Shown here in pieces: positions 60,517-64,000 of a stretch of DNA of 64,000 nucleotides (position 1 is the stretch's first letter; every line of letters starts with the position of its first letter). The notes beneath the pieces were generated by a model. That model made no database searches. It was not told where the DNA came from and worked only from the letters and a program-made list of their open reading frames with translations. The stretch is from an uncultured Christensenella sp. (GTDB taxonomy: Bacteria > Bacillota > Clostridia > Christensenellales > Aristaeellaceae): NCBI GenBank assembly GCA_964481445.1, contig CAYZTQ010000001.1, forward strand, positions 7,701-71,700. Reading direction: 5' to 3'. The translations under genes were made by a program, and so were the position numbers.

Positions 60517-60894
60517 ATGGCACGTATAGCGGGCGTTGACCTGCCGAATGAGAAGCGCGTAGAAATCGGGCTTACCTACATCTTTGGTATCGGCCTGAAG
60601 ACTTCACAGACGATTCTGGCCGATACTGAAATTGATCCCAACACCCGTGTGAAGGATCTTTCCGAAAACGATATCAGCAAGCTGCGTGATTATATCGAGC
60701 ATCATGCGAAGGTCGAGGGCGACCTGCGCCGTGAGATCTCGCTGAACATCAAGCGCCTGGTCGAAATTGGCTGCTACCGCGGTGTGCGTCATCGCCGTGG
60801 CCTGCCCGTCAGGGGACAGAACACCAAGCAGAACGCCAGAACCCGCAAAGGCCCCAAGAAGCAGGTGGCCGGCAAGAAGAAGGAAACCAAGTAA
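60517..60894 (+). CDS. rpsM: 30S ribosomal protein S13
   Basis: In ORF 60496..60894 the start is taken at [26 protein letters not shown], with a GGAGG RBS. Confidence 0.96.
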   Translation: MARIAGVDLPNEKRVEIGLTYIFGIGLKTSQTILADTEIDPNTRVKDLSENDISKLRDYIEHHAKVEGDLRREISLNIKRLVEIGCYRGVRHRRGLPVRGQNTKQNARTRKGPKKQVAGKKKETK

Positions 60895-60937
60895 GCGTTT
60901 GATGTTGTAGGCAGTCCCGCCTACGGAAGGAGAATCT

Positions 60938-61339
60938 ATGGCACCCAAAGCATCGCTTAAAAAAGTATCGCGCAAGCGCCGCGAAAAAAAGCTCGTCGAA
61001 CGGGGCGTTGTGCATATCCGTTCTTCGTTCAATAACACCATTGTCACGATCACCGATGTGGCCGGCAACGCGCTCAGCTGGGCTTCCGCCGGCGGCATGG
61101 GTTTCCGCGGCAACAAGAAATCCACCCCCTTTGCGGCCCAGATGGCGGCTGAAACCGCTGCCAGGGCGGCCACTGAGTTTGGCCTCCGCACCGTGGATGT
61201 GCTGGTCAAGGGCCCCGGTTCGGGCCGTGAAGCCGCCATCCGCTCACTGCAGACCGCCGGTCTGGAAGTGACCATGATCAAGGACGTGACGCCGATTCCG
61301 CACAACGGCTGCCGTCCGCCAAAACGCAGAAGGGTGTAA
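60938..61339 (+). CDS. rpsK: 30S ribosomal protein S11
   Basis: 133 aa, containing [36 protein letters not shown]...[15 protein letters not shown]. Confidence 0.97.
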   Translation: MAPKASLKKVSRKRREKKLVERGVVHIRSSFNNTIVTITDVAGNALSWASAGGMGFRGNKKSTPFAAQMAAETAARAATEFGLRTVDVLVKGPGSGREAAIRSLQTAGLEVTMIKDVTPIPHNGCRPPKRRRV

Positions 61340-61352
61340 GGAGGGAAAGTAA

Positions 61353-61949
61353 ATGGCAAGAAATACTCAGCCGATTGCAAAGCGCTGCAAAGCACTGGAT
61401 ATCTCTCCCGCCGTGCTCGGCTACAGCAACAAGAAGACCACCCGCAACCCCGGCGGCGAGCGCCGCAGGAAGGTCAGCGAGTATGGCCTGCAGCTTAAAG
61501 AAAAGCAGAAGGTTCGTTTTATCTACGGTGTGCTGGAGCGTCAGTTCCGTCGCTATTACAAGCGCGCGGTCGATATGCGCGGCGTCACCGGCGAAAACTT
61601 GATGCAGCTGCTCGAGCGCCGTCTTGACAACGTGGTGTTCCGCCTGGGTTTCGGCAAATCCCGCCGTCATGCCCGCCAGCTGGTGACCCACGGGCATTTC
61701 CTGGTCAACGGCCGCAAGGTGGATATCCCCTCCTACACGGTGGATGTGGATGACGTGATTACCGTCCGCACCCGCAGCCGTGAAATGGAGCACTTCAAGG
61801 CCCTTCGCGAAGGAGGCTTCAACATCGTGCCCAAGTGGCTGTCACTGAACGCGGACGAGCTGAAGGCCACCATGGTGGCGCTTCCCGGCCGTGAGGATCT
61901 TGACTTCCCGCTTCAGGAGAACCTGATCGTCGAGTTCTACTCCCGCTAA
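61353..61949 (+). CDS. rpsD: 30S ribosomal protein S4
   Basis: 198 aa, containing [26 protein letters not shown]...[11 protein letters not shown]...[21 protein letters not shown]. Confidence 0.97.
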   Translation: MARNTQPIAKRCKALDISPAVLGYSNKKTTRNPGGERRRKVSEYGLQLKEKQKVRFIYGVLERQFRRYYKRAVDMRGVTGENLMQLLERRLDNVVFRLGFGKSRRHARQLVTHGHFLVNGRKVDIPSYTVDVDDVITVRTRSREMEHFKALREGGFNIVPKWLSLNADELKATMVALPGREDLDFPLQENLIVEFYSR

Positions 61950-62012
61950 TCCATGATAATGGAGTCAACTACTTCGGACAGCAGATTAGCAATAGGAGGA
62001 AGAGAAGCTGTG

Positions 62013-62954
62013 ATGGTAGATATTGAGAATCCCCGTATCGAACGCAGCGGCAGCCAGGATGAGTTCTATGGCCGGTTCACCGTAGAACCGCTTGAGCGCG
62101 GTTACGGCCATACGCTCGGCAATGCGCTTCGCCGCGTCCTGCTGAGCTCCCTTCCGGGAGCCGCCGTTACCAGCATCCAGATTGAAGGCATACAGCACGA
62201 ATTTTCCACCATCCCCGGTGTCAAGGAAGATGTGACGGAGATTATTCTCAACATCAAGGAGCTGACGCTCCGCTCCTTCTGCGAAGAACCCAAGACCGTG
62301 GAAATCAATGTGACCGGCCCCAGGGAAGTGACCGCGGCCGATATTCGCGTGGACAGCGATATCGAAGTGGTCAACCCCGAGCTGCACATTGCCAGCCTCG
62401 GCAAGGACGCCAGCCTGCATATGTGGCTGACGGTTGACCGCGGCAGCGGCTATGTGCCCGCCGAGAAGAACAAGCCCAATCCCGCCGTCATCGGCCTCAT
62501 TCCGATTGATTCGATCTATACTCCGATTCGCAAGGTCAACTATATGGTCGAAAACACCCGTGTCGGCCAGATTACGGACTACGATAAGCTGATCCTCGAA
62601 ATCTGGACCAACGGCAGCCTCTATCCAGAGGAGGCCGTGGGTATGGCCGCCAAGCAGCTCACCGAGCAGCTGGCGCTGTTTACCCGCCTGACGGATCATC
62701 CGATTCAGCCGGCCGCCAGCGAAAACGAGACGGGCATGGCCGGAAAATCGGTCGATATGACGATTGAGGAACTGGATCTCTCGGTTCGTGCGTTCAACTG
62801 CCTGAAGCGCGCCGGCATCAATACGATCAGCGAGCTCATCCAGAAGGACCAGGAAGAAATGATGAAGGTTCGCAACCTTGGCAAGAAGAGCCTTGAAGAA
62901 GTCGAGCAGAAGCTCGAACTGCTGGGCTTGTCTCTGCGCCGCTCTGAAGAATAA
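62013..62954 (+). CDS. rpoA: DNA-directed RNA polymerase subunit alpha
   Basis: In ORF 61953..62954 the ATG at 62013 follows the RBS AGGAGGAAG. The protein contains [33 protein letters not shown], and its CTD reads [26 protein letters not shown]. Confidence 0.95.
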   Translation: MVDIENPRIERSGSQDEFYGRFTVEPLERGYGHTLGNALRRVLLSSLPGAAVTSIQIEGIQHEFSTIPGVKEDVTEIILNIKELTLRSFCEEPKTVEINVTGPREVTAADIRVDSDIEVVNPELHIASLGKDASLHMWLTVDRGSGYVPAEKNKPNPAVIGLIPIDSIYTPIRKVNYMVENTRVGQITDYDKLILEIWTNGSLYPEEAVGMAAKQLTEQLALFTRLTDHPIQPAASENETGMAGKSVDMTIEELDLSVRAFNCLKRAGINTISELIQKDQEEMMKVRNLGKKSLEEVEQKLELLGLSLRRSEE

Positions 62955-62989
62955 ACCACTGCCCCACCTGGGCAAAGGAGGATATCCCC

Positions 62990-63502
62990 ATGGCTGTACA
63001 ACGTAAACTTGGCCGGAGAAGCGACCAGCGTCAAGCTCTGCTGCGCAACCAAGTGACCAACCTCTTATGGTATGGCCGCATTGAAACGACTTTGGCCCGC
63101 GCCAAGGAAGTTCGCAGCATCGCAGACCGTCTGGTCACTCTGGCGATTCGCGAGCACGCTAACACCGTGAGCGCTAAGAAAGAGTATCATAACGAAAAGG
63201 GCCAGATTGTCAGCATTGACGTCGTCAACGACGCGCCCGGCAAGCTGCATGCCCGCAGGCTGATGATGGCCTATCTGTACGAAATGCCGCATGCCCGCCT
63301 GGACGATGAGAACAGGAAAGAATACCGCGAGCGCACGAAGGACAACAATCACCCCCTGATTGAAAAGATGTTCCGCGAGTACGCCCCCAAGTACCAGAAG
63401 CGCAACGAAGAAAAGAACGTTGCCGGCGGCTATACCCGCATCTATAAGCTGGGGCCCCGCCGCGGCGACGCCGCGGAGCGCGTGCTGATCGAAATGATCT
63501 AA
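62990..63502 (+). CDS. rplQ: 50S ribosomal protein L17 with an internal insertion of ~45 aa
   Basis: 170 aa. It reads [47 protein letters not shown] ... [24 protein letters not shown]. The middle segment is extra relative to the ~120-127-aa E. coli and B. subtilis L17. Confidence 0.93.
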   Translation: MAVQRKLGRRSDQRQALLRNQVTNLLWYGRIETTLARAKEVRSIADRLVTLAIREHANTVSAKKEYHNEKGQIVSIDVVNDAPGKLHARRLMMAYLYEMPHARLDDENRKEYRERTKDNNHPLIEKMFREYAPKYQKRNEEKNVAGGYTRIYKLGPRRGDAAERVLIEMI

Positions 63503-63520
63503 TAGATTGCTGCTTTTTCA

Positions 63521-63546
63521 AAGTGCCGGAAACGGCACTTTTTTGT
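63521..63546 (+). terminator. Rho-independent terminator of the alpha operon
   Basis: AAGTGCCG (63521-63528), loop GAAA, CGGCACTT (63533-63540), followed by TTTTGTT. Confidence 0.75.
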
Positions 63547-63665
63547 TGCCAAAGATACCAAATCATCACGCTGATTGGCAGGCATTCGGGCGTTTCGGCA
63601 TATTTTTCTTTTCTTCTTTCCATAAATAGGGTATACTGTTTTTAATATATCGGAAGGACGAGAGC

Positions 63666-64000
63666 GTGCGGAGGATAGCGGTTTTTGCAGGGGCCTTTGA
63701 TCCCATTCATCTGGGTCATATTCAGGTCATTCAGTCGGTGCTTGCGGAAGGGCTGGCTGATCAGATTATCCTTTTACCAAGCTGCACACCGCCGTACCGA
63801 AAACCGATCATTCCGTCCGGGCCTCTTCGGGCGCTTTGCTCGGCAGCCATTCAAAACCTTTCGAATGTTGCTTTGGCGGATGAGAAGCCCCTGAGATCGG
63901 GGCAGAGCATCATCGAGGCCATCAAAGCCATCAAGCAGAAAAACGGCAAGGCGGAATACCTGTATATCGTTGGCGCCGATAAGCTGGCCGGCCTTCTGCA
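63666..64000 (+). CDS. nadD: Nicotinate-nucleotide adenylyltransferase-like protein. Only the 5' part is present; the gene runs off the window.
   Basis: Absent from the track because it is open-ended. My translation from the GTG at 63666 reads VRRIAVFAGAFDPIHLGHIQVIQSVLAEGLADQIILLPSCTPPYRKP...EYLYIVGADKLAGLL. The nucleotidyltransferase signature GxFDPxHxGH and the PP(H/Y)(K/R) and GAD motifs are present. Track ORF 63685..63894 is in a different frame and is rejected. Confidence 0.65.
   Translation, partial: MRRIAVFAGAFDPIHLGHIQVIQSVLAEGLADQIILLPSCTPPYRKPIIPSGPLRALCSAAIQNLSNVALADEKPLRSGQSIIEAIKAIKQKNGKAEYLYIVGADKLAGLL

Noticed and set aside
63685-63894. 69-aa + ORF
   Set aside because: It is out of frame with the open-ended reading frame from the GTG at 63666. 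That frame carries the nucleotidyltransferase GxFDPxHxGH motif.

Overview
High-GC (~60%) Firmicutes/Clostridia-type chromosome segment; the tig-clpP-clpX-lon-engB order and the S10-spc-alpha layout suggest an Oscillospiraceae-like gut anaerobe, but that placement is only an inference. Most of the window is core housekeeping. 0-9 kb holds secreted proteins, a Crp/Fnr regulator paired with a ferredoxin-like gene, and three glycoside hydrolases (GH130, GH42, GH3). 9.3-23 kb holds tRNA-Arg(CCG), a divergent dinB/uvrA pair with LexA-type boxes, a PIG-L deacetylase, an alpha/beta hydrolase, mfd, pth, purR, a NUDIX gene and htrA. 23-30 kb holds tig-clpP-clpX-lon-engB. 30-36.3 kb holds an Fe/Mn superoxide dismutase and a MarR-headed sufCBDSU operon. 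47.5-63.5 kb holds the complete S10-spc-alpha ribosomal protein cluster (rpsJ to rplQ, including secY, adk, map, infA, rpmJ and rpoA), followed by a partial nadD. The one region that is not ordinary is 36.4-47.3 kb. It is an apparent single operon encoding two ~780-aa paralogous solute-binding-protein-like secreted proteins (the first broken by a 1-nt frameshift in a GGGG run). These are followed by two CUT1-type ABC importer permeases, two paralogous membrane-fusion (HlyD/MFP)-like proteins and a MacB/FtsX-like 4-TM permease. I could not see any ATPase gene in that stretch. An AT-rich 11-mer palindromic motif recurs in both of its intergenic regions. I saw no CRISPR arrays, rRNA genes, transposases or integrases. 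Many long ORFs in the track are antisense shadows of real genes, as is typical of high-GC DNA, and were rejected.
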